Positions 35,354 to 45,391 of a stretch of DNA of 64,000 nt are shown here, one piece after another. Below the pieces are notes generated by a model. That model had not been told where the DNA came from. It saw only the letters and a program-made list of their open reading frames with translations, and did no database searches. Each line of letters opens with the position of its first letter. Within the stretch, counting starts at the first letter, position 1. The DNA is from Nevskia sp. (GTDB taxonomy: Bacteria; Pseudomonadota; Gammaproteobacteria; Nevskiales; Nevskiaceae). The DNA lies in the NCBI GenBank assembly GCA_028291645.1, contig JAQGNU010000190.1:3113-67112 (forward strand), written 5' to 3'. The position numbers and the translations under genes are program-made.

Positions 35354-36625
35354 TCATTTTCCGAACTGGCGTCCCACCGACAGGCCCACCAGGAACAACT
35401 CGTTGGAGATGTTTGCCTCGCCGCCGCCGAGCGCCTGCGGGATCGAATTGCGGCCGTCGATGTGATGCTGTTGCGCGAGTGCCGCGTAGCCCGACAATTC
35501 GTAACGGCTGTGGAACGCCCAGGTCGCGCCGGCTGTGTAGTGGGTTTTCAAGGTTGCCGGTGCCAATGCGTTGAACAGCGTCTGCGAGGGCGGAAAATTC
35601 TGCGTCGAATAAATGTAGCCTGCGCGCACGCGCAGACTCGGCAGCGCCTGATACGACACGCCGAGCTTGTAGGAATTCTGATCGAGCCAGCCGAATCCGG
35701 GACCATTCGCCGAGCCGAGCGGCTTGCCCTGTGCAAGCAGCTCGATGCCATTGCCGAACGCGTGACGCGAGGCGTAATCCTCGCGTCCGAATTCCACGGC
35801 GATCTGCAGTTTCGGCAGCGGCGTAAATGCCAGCGCACCGCCATACACGGCCGGCAACTCGAGTCGGCCACCATCCGGCAACAGGCCACCGTATTCGCTG
35901 ATGCGCTGGCTCCAACTCTTCGAGCGATACGACAGGCCACCGGTCATCCACGGCGTCAGCGTTCCGGTCCAGCCGATCGAGAGGCTGCCGCCGAGTGCGC
36001 CATGCTTGCCGACGTCGGTGACGCCGTCGGGTGCCTGCGAAAACGCTTCAAATGGCGCCAGGCCTTTTATCTCGATGGTCTCGCGCTGCAGATTGACGGC
36101 CACACCGATCGATTGTCCGGGCATCAGCACATGCGCCAGTACCAATGACAAACCCGAGATCTTCAGCGCCAGGCTGCTGCTCTGCGCGGCGGCGGCCTCC
36201 GCCGGCGACGCGAAGCGCGCGTAGGGACTCATCGTGTAGTCGGGCCCGAGGCCGGCGGCGTAGGCGGATGCGCCGATACTCCAGCGATCCGACAACGGCA
36301 GCGTGATGCCGCCCTGCGGAATGAAATAGTAGTGGTGCGCATCCGAGTCGGAGCGCTGGTCCGGGCCCAAGCTGTTGCCGACGATCGTGGTGCTCGCGTT
36401 CGGCATCAGCAGGTCGACGCCGAGATCGAAACGGCGTCCGAGGCCGCTTGCAGATGCGGGATTGGCCGCGATCGCGGTGGTTTCTTCGGCATCGACGTAA
36501 CTGATGCCGCCGTTGCCCAGGGATTTGATGCCGGCGCCATGCTCGAACACGCCGAGCGTTGCGTTGGCCTCGAGCGGAAGCAGGCTCAGCAACAAAAGGC
36601 CGGATGCTACATATCGCGTTCGCAT
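35354..36625 (-). CDS. FadL/TodX/XylN-family outer-membrane hydrophobic-compound channel
   Basis: Real start with signal peptide is MRTRYVASGLLLLSLLPLEANA, followed by FEHGAGIKSLGNGGISYVDAEETTAIAANPASASGLG. Alternating beta-strand pattern throughout. The upstream 73 codons of the track ORF are Arg/Cys/Ser junk. Confidence 0.78.
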   Translation of the reverse strand: MRTRYVASGLLLLSLLPLEANATLGVFEHGAGIKSLGNGGISYVDAEETTAIAANPASASGLGRRFDLGVDLLMPNASTTIVGNSLGPDQRSDSDAHHYYFIPQGGITLPLSDRWSIGASAYAAGLGPDYTMSPYARFASPAEAAAAQSSSLALKISGLSLVLAHVLMPGQSIGVAVNLQRETIEIKGLAPFEAFSQAPDGVTDVGKHGALGGSLSIGWTGTLTPWMTGGLSYRSKSWSQRISEYGGLLPDGGRLELPAVYGGALAFTPLPKLQIAVEFGREDYASRHAFGNGIELLAQGKPLGSANGPGFGWLDQNSYKLGVSYQALPSLRVRAGYIYSTQNFPPSQTLFNALAPATLKTHYTAGATWAFHSRYELSGYAALAQQHHIDGRNSIPQALGGGEANISNELFLVGLSVGRQFGK

Positions 36626-36674
36626 GGAGATCAGTTGCAAGTGGTTGCTGCTGCGTTGCCTGCGTACAGGCAGC

Positions 36675-37031
36675 TCACGACATTCGGAACGCAGGGCCGT
36701 ACAGCAGGTAGAGACCCAGCGCTGCGACCGAACCATGCGCGACGACGAGCAGCAGCAGCGGTGCTGCGCCCCTGAACAGAACGCGGAACAACAGCACGCC
36801 GCCTGCGAAGCCGGCCGAGAGGACCGCGAGCGCCCACCAGGCAAGTGCCGGAGTCGCGTCGCTCCTGAGATTCACCGTCAACAGCACTGCCAGGGAGATC
36901 AGTCCAGCGATGCCGTGACCGGCGCCCAAGGCCGCTGGAATCCTGATTTTTGCGACGACCATTGCCGTCATCAGCAAGCCGCCGGCGGCGACGAGGGAAA
37001 AAAGAGCGAACGTGATCTGAAAAAGGTTCAT
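36675..37031 (-). CDS. Small 4-TM membrane protein, unknown function
   Basis: MNLFQITFALFSLVAAGGLLMTAMV... (118 aa). GGAG RBS before the ATG at 37031. Confidence 0.5.
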   Translation of the reverse strand: MNLFQITFALFSLVAAGGLLMTAMVVAKIRIPAALGAGHGIAGLISLAVLLTVNLRSDATPALAWWALAVLSAGFAGGVLLFRVLFRGAAPLLLLVVAHGSVAALGLYLLYGPAFRMS

Positions 37032-37243
37032 CGCAGTCTCCGGTTGTACAAGACACGGCTCGAAACGCGTGCGACATCCGCCGGCGGTCCGCGCCTGCGG
37101 ACTCGGTGTGGAGCGGCTGATGAAGGCGACGCAGGCGGTTCCGACGCAACCGTGGTCGGCCGGCACCCGACGATCAGCAATCTGCCCGGCTCATCCCGTC
37201 TGGCTTCGGCACGATCGAGTGCTTCAATTCGCGGACTGCGCCT

Positions 37244-37618
37244 CTAGCCGACGCTGGGCACTGCGCCAGCGACCGCGCCGCGGCTGTCCAGGAAGCGCTC
37301 GCGAACGACGAGGTAGACCGGAAAGGCCATCGAAACCCCGATGTAAGACAGTGCGACGAAGAACCAGCCCCACTTCATACCCATGCCGATGCGCCGGCTG
37401 TCGAACACCACCCACACCATGAACACGAGCCAGGCGATTGCCATGTCGATGCTGAGGAAGGCGGCGGTGCCGCCGGCCTTGATCGCATCGCCGAAGAACT
37501 GGATCGGGTTCATGATGTTGCCGCCGTTGCGCATCCATTCGAATGCGTGCGGCCAGGTCAGCAACAACGCCGCGGCGCCGAGAATCAGGAAGAAGGCATG
37601 TTTGATATTGGTCGTCAT
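37244..37618 (-). CDS. Small membrane protein, DUF2834-like
   Basis: MTTNIKHAFFLILGAAALLLTWPHAFEWM...LSIDMAIAWLVFMVWVVFDSRRIGM...FPVYLVVRERF. This is only the C-terminal 124 aa of track ORF 37244-38665. Confidence 0.55.
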   Translation of the reverse strand: MTTNIKHAFFLILGAAALLLTWPHAFEWMRNGGNIMNPIQFFGDAIKAGGTAAFLSIDMAIAWLVFMVWVVFDSRRIGMGMKWGWFFVALSYIGVSMAFPVYLVVRERFLDSRGAVAGAVPSVG

Positions 37619-37749
37619 GTTGGCTTGAGTTCCCTGAGTTAAAGTTTCTGAGCGTTTGCTTGGGTGGCTTGGCGACGGCGTACGTCTGATGGGTTTGCGA
37701 TGGCTCTCAAATGTTTTGCTGGATGCCGCGGCGTCGGTTGCGATGCAGC

Positions 37750-38823
37750 TCAGGGCATCTTTGCGATATGACTCTCGTCGGTGAATTTGTCGTAATAGAT
37801 GTCGTCCAGTTGCATGCCGACTTCGGTCATCGATGCGATGCCGGCATCGATCATTCCCGGCGGTCCGCACATGTAGCCCTCGGCGCTGCTCCAGTCGATG
37901 CCAGGCATGGCGTCGGTGATGAATTGCGTGACCAGGCCGCGTGCGCCGGTCCACGAACTGTCCGCCGGCTCGTGCGACAGCACCGGCAGGAAGACGAACT
38001 TGTCGGCCCATGACGCCGCGATCTGCTGAATCTGTTCGAGCCCGTAAAGATCGGCTTGCGTACGTGCGCCGAACAGGAAGGCGCAGGGCCGCTTGACGCG
38101 GTCCTTGCGGCCGTTTTCGAGCAGGCTCAGCAGTGGCGCGAGGCCACTGCCTCCGGCGATGCAGATCATCGGGGTGGACCCCGGGTGCAGATGAAATGCG
38201 CCGTGCGGTCCTTCGATATCGAGCGGCACGTTCTGCAACCGCCCGGCGAACAGGTCCTCGGTGAATGCGCCGCCCGGGACCTTGCGAATGAAAAAGCTGA
38301 CGGAGCTGCGGCCGTCGCGATCCGGCGCGTCCGCGAACGAATAGTTGCGTGCCCGGCGGATGTTCGGATACTTGAGGTTGGCGTATTGCCCGGCGATGAA
38401 CCTGATCGGACGATCGAGTTCGACGGTGATGCGCACGATGTCGTGGGTCAGCGCTGCGCTTGCGACGAGTTTGCCGACGAACTGCTCCGGTGCAGGCGCA
38501 TCGAGCGCCTGGCTTTCCACCTCGACCTGGGTCAGCGCGTCCCGCGGAATCGCCTGGCAGGCAAGGATGAAGCCGGCCGCGATCTCCTGCTGCGACAGGG
38601 TGTAGCCGAAATCGGTGAGCGCGTTGACCCGGCCGGCCTTCAGCTTGCATTTGCAGGAGCCGCAAGTCCCGACCGTGCAGTTATGCGGAAAAGGCACGCC
38701 GTTGGCGAGCGCGGCTTCGAGCATGGTCTGACCGCTGGGTACCTCGTAGCGCGCGCCGAAGGGCGCGACCTCGACGAACTTGGCCTCTTTCTGCCCGAAC
38801 ATCGATTTGAACAAACCCATCAT
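37750..38823 (-). CDS. XylA-type NAD(P)H:acceptor reductase: N-terminal plant-type 2Fe-2S ferredoxin domain + FAD/NAD-binding FNR domain
   Basis: 2Fe-2S motif FPHNCTVGTCGSCKCKL...ACQ. FNR motifs RNYSFAD, AGGSGLAP and YMCGPPGM. Confidence 0.85.
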   Translation of the reverse strand: MMGLFKSMFGQKEAKFVEVAPFGARYEVPSGQTMLEAALANGVPFPHNCTVGTCGSCKCKLKAGRVNALTDFGYTLSQQEIAAGFILACQAIPRDALTQVEVESQALDAPAPEQFVGKLVASAALTHDIVRITVELDRPIRFIAGQYANLKYPNIRRARNYSFADAPDRDGRSSVSFFIRKVPGGAFTEDLFAGRLQNVPLDIEGPHGAFHLHPGSTPMICIAGGSGLAPLLSLLENGRKDRVKRPCAFLFGARTQADLYGLEQIQQIAASWADKFVFLPVLSHEPADSSWTGARGLVTQFITDAMPGIDWSSAEGYMCGPPGMIDAGIASMTEVGMQLDDIYYDKFTDESHIAKMP

Positions 38824-38869
38824 TCCTCCAACACGATCCGCTGCTCTTTTGGCAGAAGCTTGCTAGGTA

Positions 38870-38887
38870 TAGTAGGCTACCATATCA
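38870..38887. promoter_or_regulatory. Candidate operator, two mismatches: TAGTAGG-CTAC-CATATCA
   Basis: Read directly from the sequence. It sits in the divergent region between the reductase (start 38823) and the NADP-oxidoreductase (start 38977). It has the same CTAC spacer as the 28517 copy. Confidence 0.4.
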
Positions 38888-38976
38888 TTATGTTCAAGCG
38901 CGGCTCGGTGACTTGCGCGCAGTGGCATCAGAAATAGACCGCCGGCACGACCGGCGTACCAGGAGAGAGACTCTCA

Positions 38977-40005
38977 GTGAACGTCAATCGGCGCGTTGTG
39001 GTGGTTGAACGGCCTCGTTACATCGTTCCTACGGCCAACTGCTTCAGACTCGAACAGGCACCGGTGCCGCAAGTCGGCGAGGGGCAGTTGCGCTTGCGCA
39101 CCTTGTGGCTGTCGCTCGACGTCATGCTGTATGCCCGCGTCAAACGCGTCAGTGCGGATGCCGAGCCGGTGAATCTGGGCGACGTGATGGTCGGGCCGAC
39201 GGTCGGCCGTGTCGAGGAGTCGCGCCATCCCGATTACAAGGCTGGCGAATTGCTCAGTGGCTTCTGGGGTTGGCAGGGCTACGGCATTTCCGAGGGCCGG
39301 CGCCTGCGCAAGCTCGACTTCGGCTTGAAACAGCCCTCGCATGCGCTGAGCGCCTATGGCACGTCCGCATTCGGTGCTTATGTCGCACTGACAGAACTGG
39401 CGCCGCCGCTCGCCGGCGAGACCGTCGTCGTCGGCACTGCGATCGGCGGTCTTGGCCAGATTGCGGGGCAGATCGCGAAGATCAAAGGCTGTCGCGTGGT
39501 CGGCATTGCCGGCGGAACCGAGAAATGCAGGATAGCGGTGGAACGGCTCGGCTACGACGCTTGCGTCGATCATCGCGCACGCGATTTCGTCGAGCAGCTG
39601 CGCGCGGCTTGCGGTAAAGGCGTCGACGTGTTCGTCGACACCATCGGCGGCAGGGCGCTCGATGCCGTCGTTCCGCTGCTCAACAAGGACGCGCGCATCG
39701 CCGCCTGCGGACTGATGGCGACGCCGCATTTCGGTGAAGCAGCCTATAGCGGCAAATACCAGTCCAGCATGAGTCTGCTGAACGAGATCATCAACCGGCG
39801 CCTGCAGGTGCGCGGTCTCGTCGTATTCGACCACCTGCGTCATTGCCTCGAACCATTCCATCGCGAAATGACCGCCTGGATCGACAGCGGCCGGATCAAG
39901 CTGATCGAGGACATCGTCGTCGGTCTGGAACAGGCGCCCGATGCGTTCCAGGGCCTGTTCGAAGGCCGCAACCGCGGCAAGCTGCTGGTCAAGATCGCGG
40001 ATTGA
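38977..40005 (+). CDS. NADP-dependent medium-chain oxidoreductase (alkenal/enone reductase, YncB/PTGR1-like)
   Basis: GETVVVGTAIGGLGQIAGQIAKIKGCRVVGIAGG...EGRNRGKLLVKIAD. GTG start after AGGAGAGAGA. Confidence 0.85.
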   Translation: MNVNRRVVVVERPRYIVPTANCFRLEQAPVPQVGEGQLRLRTLWLSLDVMLYARVKRVSADAEPVNLGDVMVGPTVGRVEESRHPDYKAGELLSGFWGWQGYGISEGRRLRKLDFGLKQPSHALSAYGTSAFGAYVALTELAPPLAGETVVVGTAIGGLGQIAGQIAKIKGCRVVGIAGGTEKCRIAVERLGYDACVDHRARDFVEQLRAACGKGVDVFVDTIGGRALDAVVPLLNKDARIAACGLMATPHFGEAAYSGKYQSSMSLLNEIINRRLQVRGLVVFDHLRHCLEPFHREMTAWIDSGRIKLIEDIVVGLEQAPDAFQGLFEGRNRGKLLVKIAD

Positions 40006-40043
40006 GCGACCGCCCGATTCGAAAACCAAGGAAGAGAGCACAA

Positions 40044-41165
40044 GTGACTACATCGGTACAGAGCTTCAAAGCCAGTGCAGCGATCGTCCGCAACGTCGGC
40101 GGTCCGTTCACGATCGAGTCGATTGATGTCGCCGCCCCGAGCGGCGATCAAGTGCTGGTGCGCATGGTCGGTGTCGGCATCTGTCATACCGATCTGGTAT
40201 GTCGCGACGGTTTCCCGGTGCCGATGCCGATCGTGCTCGGTCATGAAGGTTCCGGCATCGTGGAAGCGATCGGCGACAAGGTCACCGGCGTCAAGGTCGG
40301 CGATCATGTCGTGCTGAGCTTCAACTCCTGCCAGTCGTGTCCGAACTGCGCAAAGTCGCAGCCGGCCTACTGCTACAACTTCCTCGCCAACAATTTTGCC
40401 GGCGTGCGGCCCAGCGATGGCTCGACCTCGCTCGCACAGAACGGTGCGGCGGTGCACGGCCAGTTCTTTGGCCAGTCGTCATTCGCAACACTGGCGATCG
40501 CACGCGAGATCAACACGGTGGTGATCGACAAGAACCTGCCGCTGGAAATCATGGGCCCGCTCGGTTGCGGCATCCAAACCGGTGCCGGCGGCGCGGTCAA
40601 TTCACTGGAGATGCAGAAGGGCGATTCGCTGGCGATCTTCGGCGGCGGCGCGGTGGGACTCAGCGCACTGCTCGGTGCGCGTGCGATCGATGCCGGCACC
40701 GTTATCGTGATCGAGCCGAATGCCGCGCGCGGTGAACTGGCGAAGCAGCTCGGCGCAACCCACGTGATCAATCCGAAGGAAACGCCGGATGTGCTGGCGA
40801 AGATCAAGGAGCTGAGCGGCGGCGGCGTCAACTACGCGCTCGATACCACCGGTATCCCAGCGGTGATGGGCGTCGCTATCGAGACGATGCTGCCGCGCGG
40901 CATGCTGGGGCTGATCGGCGTGCCGCCACCGGATGCGAACCTGCCGGCGAACCTGATGAGCATGCTGATCCGCGGCGCGCGCGTGAAATACATCACCGAG
41001 GGCGATTCGAATCCGCAGGAATTCATTCCGCGCATGCTCGGCTGGTACAAGGCCGGGAAATTCCCGTTCGATCGCCTGATCAGCAAATTCAGATTCGAGC
41101 AGATCAACGAAGCCGCGCATGCGACGGAAACGGGTGCAGCGATCAAGCCGGTGCTGGTGTTCTGA
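40044..41165 (+). CDS. Zn-dependent aryl/benzyl-alcohol dehydrogenase (XylB-like)
   Basis: GICHTDLVCRDGFPVPMPIVLGHEGSGIVEAIGDKV...FFGQSSFAT...PLGCGIQTGAG...IFGGGAVGLSA...KFPFDRLI. GTG at 40044 is in frame. The 67 upstream codons of the track ORF overlap the previous gene. Confidence 0.9.
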   Translation: MTTSVQSFKASAAIVRNVGGPFTIESIDVAAPSGDQVLVRMVGVGICHTDLVCRDGFPVPMPIVLGHEGSGIVEAIGDKVTGVKVGDHVVLSFNSCQSCPNCAKSQPAYCYNFLANNFAGVRPSDGSTSLAQNGAAVHGQFFGQSSFATLAIAREINTVVIDKNLPLEIMGPLGCGIQTGAGGAVNSLEMQKGDSLAIFGGGAVGLSALLGARAIDAGTVIVIEPNAARGELAKQLGATHVINPKETPDVLAKIKELSGGGVNYALDTTGIPAVMGVAIETMLPRGMLGLIGVPPPDANLPANLMSMLIRGARVKYITEGDSNPQEFIPRMLGWYKAGKFPFDRLISKFRFEQINEAAHATETGAAIKPVLVF

Positions 41166-41183
41166 CAGTAACAGGAGGATGCC

Positions 41184-41948
41184 GTGGATATTTCGGAAGA
41201 AAGCAGTCGCAACAACCAGTTGTTCGCAATCTGGTGTGGCCCGATTTTTACGCTACTCACGCTGATCGGCTGGTTCGGTCTGTCGCAGGGTCTGCATCCG
41301 GCACACGCCGATCTAAGCCCTGCGGCAACTGCGACGTTCTTTGCCGCGCATCAATTCGGCATCGAACTCGGCTGCTCGATCTGGATCATCGGTTGCTGTT
41401 TCCTCGGCATCTGGACCGCTCAGCTCAGCGCCATGATGGCGAAGATGGAAGGACGCATGCCGGTATGGGCCATCGTGCAGGGCATGGCCGGCGGCGGTAT
41501 CGTCGTGCTGGTCATGCTGAGTTGCTGTCTGTGGATTAACGCGGCCTACCGGCTCGGTGCGAATCCCGACGTGATCGTTTCCTCCAACGACAGCGCCTGG
41601 CTCGCGATACTTCTGACCTGGCCGATCCTGTCATTGCAGATGATCGCCGCCGCGGTGGTGATGCTGCAGGATCGTCGCGCGGCGAAGATGGTTCCGCGCT
41701 GGCTGTCGATCGCATCGATCATCGGCGCGGTCGCGCTGATCACGGCCGGTGTTCCGGCATTCACCAAGAGCGGTGCTTTCGCTTATCACGGCCTGTTCGG
41801 CTATTTCATGCCGATGGTGATCTGGGGCCTGTGGTTCGACAGCCACTCTTGGTTCATGGGCCGGGCACTGATTCGCGAAACGCGTATCGCCGCGGGTGCA
41901 TCGCCGATAACAGCCGCGCCGTTTGCTGCCAGTCGCGCAGTTCGATAA
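41184..41948 (+). CDS. Polytopic membrane protein of unknown function (paralog of 4086-4835)
   Basis: LFAIWCGPIFTLL...AQLSAMMAKMEGRMPVWAIV...VPRWLSI...GAFAYHGLFGYFMPMVIWGLWF. Starts 18 nt after the alcohol dehydrogenase gene. Confidence 0.6.
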   Translation: MDISEESSRNNQLFAIWCGPIFTLLTLIGWFGLSQGLHPAHADLSPAATATFFAAHQFGIELGCSIWIIGCCFLGIWTAQLSAMMAKMEGRMPVWAIVQGMAGGGIVVLVMLSCCLWINAAYRLGANPDVIVSSNDSAWLAILLTWPILSLQMIAAAVVMLQDRRAAKMVPRWLSIASIIGAVALITAGVPAFTKSGAFAYHGLFGYFMPMVIWGLWFDSHSWFMGRALIRETRIAAGASPITAAPFAASRAVR

Positions 41949-41998
41949 CAGCAAAAACGGCGCGGGATGGCCATCTCGGCGCAAGCAAAACTCACGCA

Positions 41999-42682
41999 TC
42001 AGGCAGTCAGTTCTGGATCGCCGTGGCTGAGGTATTCCCACATACGCTCGTAGACCCTGCCGGCGGTGACCTGGCGTGCAAGCGTCTCATCGGCCGTCAG
42101 CAGCGTCTCGTCGCCGTCGGCGTGCAGATCGGCCAGTGCGGTTTCGACACGCGCCGCCTCTTCGAGAAACCAGGACAGCGCGACGGCCTCGATCAGGTCC
42201 GCACCGACGACGACGGCGCCATTCGCGCGCATGACGATGGCCTTGTCGGTGCCCAGCTTTTGCGCCAGCCGGTCAGCCGCGGCATCGTCGCGCAATAGGC
42301 GCGGGTCTTCCCATAGCGGCGGTGAAGGCGCGAAGTACGCACCGAAGCCATGTCGCGGGCGCACCGTACGCCGCAGCAAGGACAGCAGCATCGTCTGCGG
42401 CGGCATGATGCGGCAGACCGCACCGACATCGCTGCGTCGACGATAGATCGCCTGGTGGATGCGCACTTCGCCGAGCACGCCGTCCGGCAGTGGGCCGTCG
42501 ATTGGAACGATCGTGCCATTTTCGCCGGGAAGTATCGTGCCCATCGGCTTCGCGGCACAGACCAGAAAGGTCTTGTCGTCGAGACGCGCGCTGCAGTGGC
42601 CGTAGGCGTGCACCAGATTGCCCTTCGCCAAGGCGCGCGCGGCGACGCGCAGCTCGCGTTCCTGTGCAATCGTCGTCGTCAT
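41999..42682 (-). CDS. Class II aldolase/adducin-domain protein
   Basis: MTTTIAQERELRVAARALAKGNLVHAYGHCSARL...EVRIHQAIYRRRSDVGAVCR...IVMRANGAVVVGADLIEAV. Confidence 0.8.
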   Translation of the reverse strand: MTTTIAQERELRVAARALAKGNLVHAYGHCSARLDDKTFLVCAAKPMGTILPGENGTIVPIDGPLPDGVLGEVRIHQAIYRRRSDVGAVCRIMPPQTMLLSLLRRTVRPRHGFGAYFAPSPPLWEDPRLLRDDAAADRLAQKLGTDKAIVMRANGAVVVGADLIEAVALSWFLEEAARVETALADLHADGDETLLTADETLARQVTAGRVYERMWEYLSHGDPELTA

Positions 42683-42773
42683 ATCGCTCCGCGTCGGGTG
42701 TTTGGAAGCGGCAATAGTATCTATCATTACTAATTTTAGAAAACCCCATTTCTTCTAGTCCACCTCACGAGCT

Positions 42774-43214
42774 ATGTCTTCCTATCCTGCAAATCCGCTG
42801 TTGGCGCGGCGCCAGTCTTATTCCCATTGTGTGCCGGAGCATGTCCGCTGGTCCGACACCGATCTGGTCGGCCACGCCAACAATCTCGCGTTCGGCGCGT
42901 TCTGCGAAACCGGCCGCTCGATGTTCGTCAAGCGTTACGTCGAGAAGGATGCCGCCGAGCGCGCGATGTTCCTGCCGGCGCAGCTGATCCTGAATTTCCT
43001 CGGTGAAGCCTTCTGGCCGGCACAGGTTGATGTGGGTACCGGCGTGCTTTCCGTCGGTCGCAGCTCGTGCCGGATCGGGCAGGGCCTGTTCGACGGCGAG
43101 CGCTGCTTCGGCACGGCGGAGACGGTATTGGTGCTGATCGACGAACAGACGCGTCGTCCGCTCGCACTGCCGGATTCCATCCGCAACTGGTTCGGTGGCT
43201 ACCTCATCGTCTGA
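42774..43214 (+). CDS. 4HBT/YbgC-type acyl-CoA thioesterase
   Basis: VRWSDTDLVGHANNLAFGAFCETGRSMF, hot-dog size (146 aa). Confidence 0.8.
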   Translation: MSSYPANPLLARRQSYSHCVPEHVRWSDTDLVGHANNLAFGAFCETGRSMFVKRYVEKDAAERAMFLPAQLILNFLGEAFWPAQVDVGTGVLSVGRSSCRIGQGLFDGERCFGTAETVLVLIDEQTRRPLALPDSIRNWFGGYLIV

Positions 43215-43350
43215 GCGGCTGCTGCTTTCAGGAAGCCCAGCCACGCGCTGCGGGATCGTCGCGGACAGGCGCGCTTGCGGCCGGCGCAATCGAGCGCCAT
43301 GCAAGCATCTTCCGATCAACTTACAAGCCAGCCAGCCTGAATGTTGAATA

Positions 43351-43379
43351 GTCTGTAACCATACGGTATTGTTACCTAC
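43351..43379. promoter_or_regulatory. Candidate operator, tandem pair: GTCTG-TAAC-CATAC G GTATT-GTTA-CCTAC
   Basis: Two 14-bp units separated by 1 nt, 51 nt upstream of the acetaldehyde dehydrogenase gene. Confidence 0.45.
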
Positions 43380-43429
43380 CTAAACACGACGAGCCGCCCG
43401 GAAGAGGGCGGCCTGAGCACAGGAAGAGG

Positions 43430-44356
43430 ATGAGCAAGATCAAGTGCGCGCTGATCGGGCCAGGCAATATCGGCACCGATCTGTTGTACAAGCTGCGTCG
43501 CAGCGAAGTGCTGGAGCCGGTCTGGATGGTGGGCGTCGATCCCGGTTCCGAAGGTCTGGCACGCGCCCGCTCGTTCGGTCTGAACACCACGGATGGCGGC
43601 GTCGATGCATTGCTGGCACATATCGCAGCCGACGACATACGCATCGCCTTCGATTCGACTTCGGCGTACGCCCATGCCGAGAATGCGCGCAAGCTCGCCG
43701 CTCACGGCGTGCTGATGATCGATCTGACGCCGGCAGCGATCGGCCCGTTCTGCGTGCCGCCGGTCAATCTGGATGCGCAGATCGGGCGGCGCGCGACCAA
43801 CGTCAACATGGTCACCTGCGGCGGCCAGGCGACGATTCCGATGGTCGCGGCGGTGTCGCGCGTGCAGCCGGTGGAATACGGCGAGATCATCGCCACCGTG
43901 TCGTCGCGTTCGGTCGGTCCCGGCACACGCAAGAACATCGACGAATTCACCCGCACCACCGCACGCGCGGTCGAGCGTGTCGGCGGCGCTGCGCGCGGCA
44001 AGGCCATCATCATCATCAATCCGGCGGAACCGCCGCTGATTATGCGCGACACCGTGCACTGCCTGACCGTCGACGCACCCGACCAGGCGGCGATCACCGC
44101 ATCGGTGCAGGCAATGCTGGCGGAAGTGCAGAAGTACGTGCCGGGCTATCGCCTGAAGAACGGCCCGGTATTCGACGGCCGCCGCGTATCGATCTATCTC
44201 GAAGTCGAGGGTCTCGGCGATTACCTGCCGAAGTATGCCGGCAACCTCGACATCATGACCGCCGCCGCTGCGCGCACCGGCGAAGTGTTTGCGCGCGAGA
44301 TGCTGGCGGGCCGCTGGCAACTGCCGACGCACCTTGCAACGGAGGCCATCGCATGA
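43430..44356 (+). CDS. Acetaldehyde dehydrogenase (acetylating), DmpF/MhpF/BphJ family
   Basis: [25 protein letters not shown]...[14 protein letters not shown]...[16 protein letters not shown]. Confidence 0.95.
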   Translation: MSKIKCALIGPGNIGTDLLYKLRRSEVLEPVWMVGVDPGSEGLARARSFGLNTTDGGVDALLAHIAADDIRIAFDSTSAYAHAENARKLAAHGVLMIDLTPAAIGPFCVPPVNLDAQIGRRATNVNMVTCGGQATIPMVAAVSRVQPVEYGEIIATVSSRSVGPGTRKNIDEFTRTTARAVERVGGAARGKAIIIINPAEPPLIMRDTVHCLTVDAPDQAAITASVQAMLAEVQKYVPGYRLKNGPVFDGRRVSIYLEVEGLGDYLPKYAGNLDIMTAAAARTGEVFAREMLAGRWQLPTHLATEAIA

Positions 44357-45381
44357 GCCTGCAGGGACGCAAGATTCGTGTGCATGACATGTCCCTGCGC
44401 GACGGCATGCATCCGAAGCGGCACCAGATCACGATCGAACAGATGAAGTCCATCGCGACCGGTCTCGACGAGGCCGGCGTGCCGCTGATCGAAGTCACGC
44501 ACGGCGATGGTCTCGGCGGCAACTCGGTCAACTATGGCTTTGCCGCCGCCAGCGACGAGGATTATCTGCGTGCAGTGGTGCCGCTGATGAAGCAGGCCAG
44601 GGTCTCGGCGCTGCTGCTGCCGGGCATCGGCACCGTCGACGAATTGCGCATGGCGGCGGATTGCGGCATCGCTACGATTCGCGTAGCAACGCACTGCACC
44701 GAAGCCGACGTGTCGGAGCAGCACATCGCGCTGGGCCGCAAGATGGGTCTCGATACCGTCGGCTTTCTGATGATGTCGCACATGGCCGCACCGGAGAAGA
44801 TCGTCGAGCAGGCCTTGTTGATGGAGAGCTACGGCGCCAACTGCATCTACACGACCGACTCGGCCGGCTACATGCTGCCCGAGGATGTCGGCGCGCGCGT
44901 CGGTCTGCTGCGCGACGCGCTCAAGTCCGACACCGAGATCGGCTTCCACGGCCATCACAATCTCGCAATGGGTGTCGCCAACTCGATCGCCGCAGTCGCG
45001 GCGGGCGCCGCACGCATCGACTGCGCCTGCGGCGGCATGGGCGCGGGTGCCGGCAATACGCCGCTGGAAGTCTTCATCGCCGTCTGCGAACGCATGGGCA
45101 TCGAGACCGGCGTCGATCTGTACAGGGTCACCGATGTTGCCGAGGACCTGGTCACGCCGATTCTCGATTTCCCGGTGCGCATCGACCGCAATTCGCTGAC
45201 GCTCGGTTACGCCGGCGCCTATTCTTCGTTCCTGCTGTTCGCCAAGCGCGCCGCGGCCAAGTACGACGTATCGGCGCGCGACATCCTGGTCGAGATGGGG
45301 CGCCGCAAGACCGTCGGCGGCCAGGAAGACATGATCGAAGACGTCGCCCTCGATCTGGCGCGGGCCAAGGCCGCTGCCTGA
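44353..45381 (+). CDS. 4-hydroxy-2-oxovalerate aldolase, DmpG/MhpE/BphI family
   Basis: [25 protein letters not shown]...[11 protein letters not shown]...[14 protein letters not shown]. The ATG overlaps the upstream stop codon (ATGA). The track ORF 43444 is an out-of-frame N-extension. Confidence 0.95.
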   Translation: MSLQGRKIRVHDMSLRDGMHPKRHQITIEQMKSIATGLDEAGVPLIEVTHGDGLGGNSVNYGFAAASDEDYLRAVVPLMKQARVSALLLPGIGTVDELRMAADCGIATIRVATHCTEADVSEQHIALGRKMGLDTVGFLMMSHMAAPEKIVEQALLMESYGANCIYTTDSAGYMLPEDVGARVGLLRDALKSDTEIGFHGHHNLAMGVANSIAAVAAGAARIDCACGGMGAGAGNTPLEVFIAVCERMGIETGVDLYRVTDVAEDLVTPILDFPVRIDRNSLTLGYAGAYSSFLLFAKRAAAKYDVSARDILVEMGRRKTVGGQEDMIEDVALDLARAKAAA

Positions 45382-45391
45382 GCCGGCGACG

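Noticed and set aside
37244-38665. 473-aa minus-strand ORF overlapping the reductase gene. The same reasoning applies to 16801-17823(-), 340 aa, and 17636-19186(-), 516 aa.
   Set aside because: Only the C-terminal portions are credible proteins: DUF2834-like (124 aa), MaoC (138 aa) and hydratase (432 aa). The N-terminal extensions are Arg/Pro/His-rich and overlap real genes in another frame.
42716-42731. AGTATC-TATC-ATTACT and other weak matches to the operator motif (1738-1751, 57715-57730, 58321-58334).
   Set aside because: I did not list these as separate features because only one half-site or the AGTA...TACT core is conserved. They could be chance matches. They are mentioned within the regulon finding as low-confidence copies only.
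43444-45381. 645-aa ORF spanning both the acetaldehyde dehydrogenase and aldolase genes.
   Set aside because: The first ~300 codons are an out-of-frame read-through of the dehydrogenase gene and give Arg-rich nonsense. The aldolase homology begins at MSLQGRK (ATG 44353, ATGA overlap).
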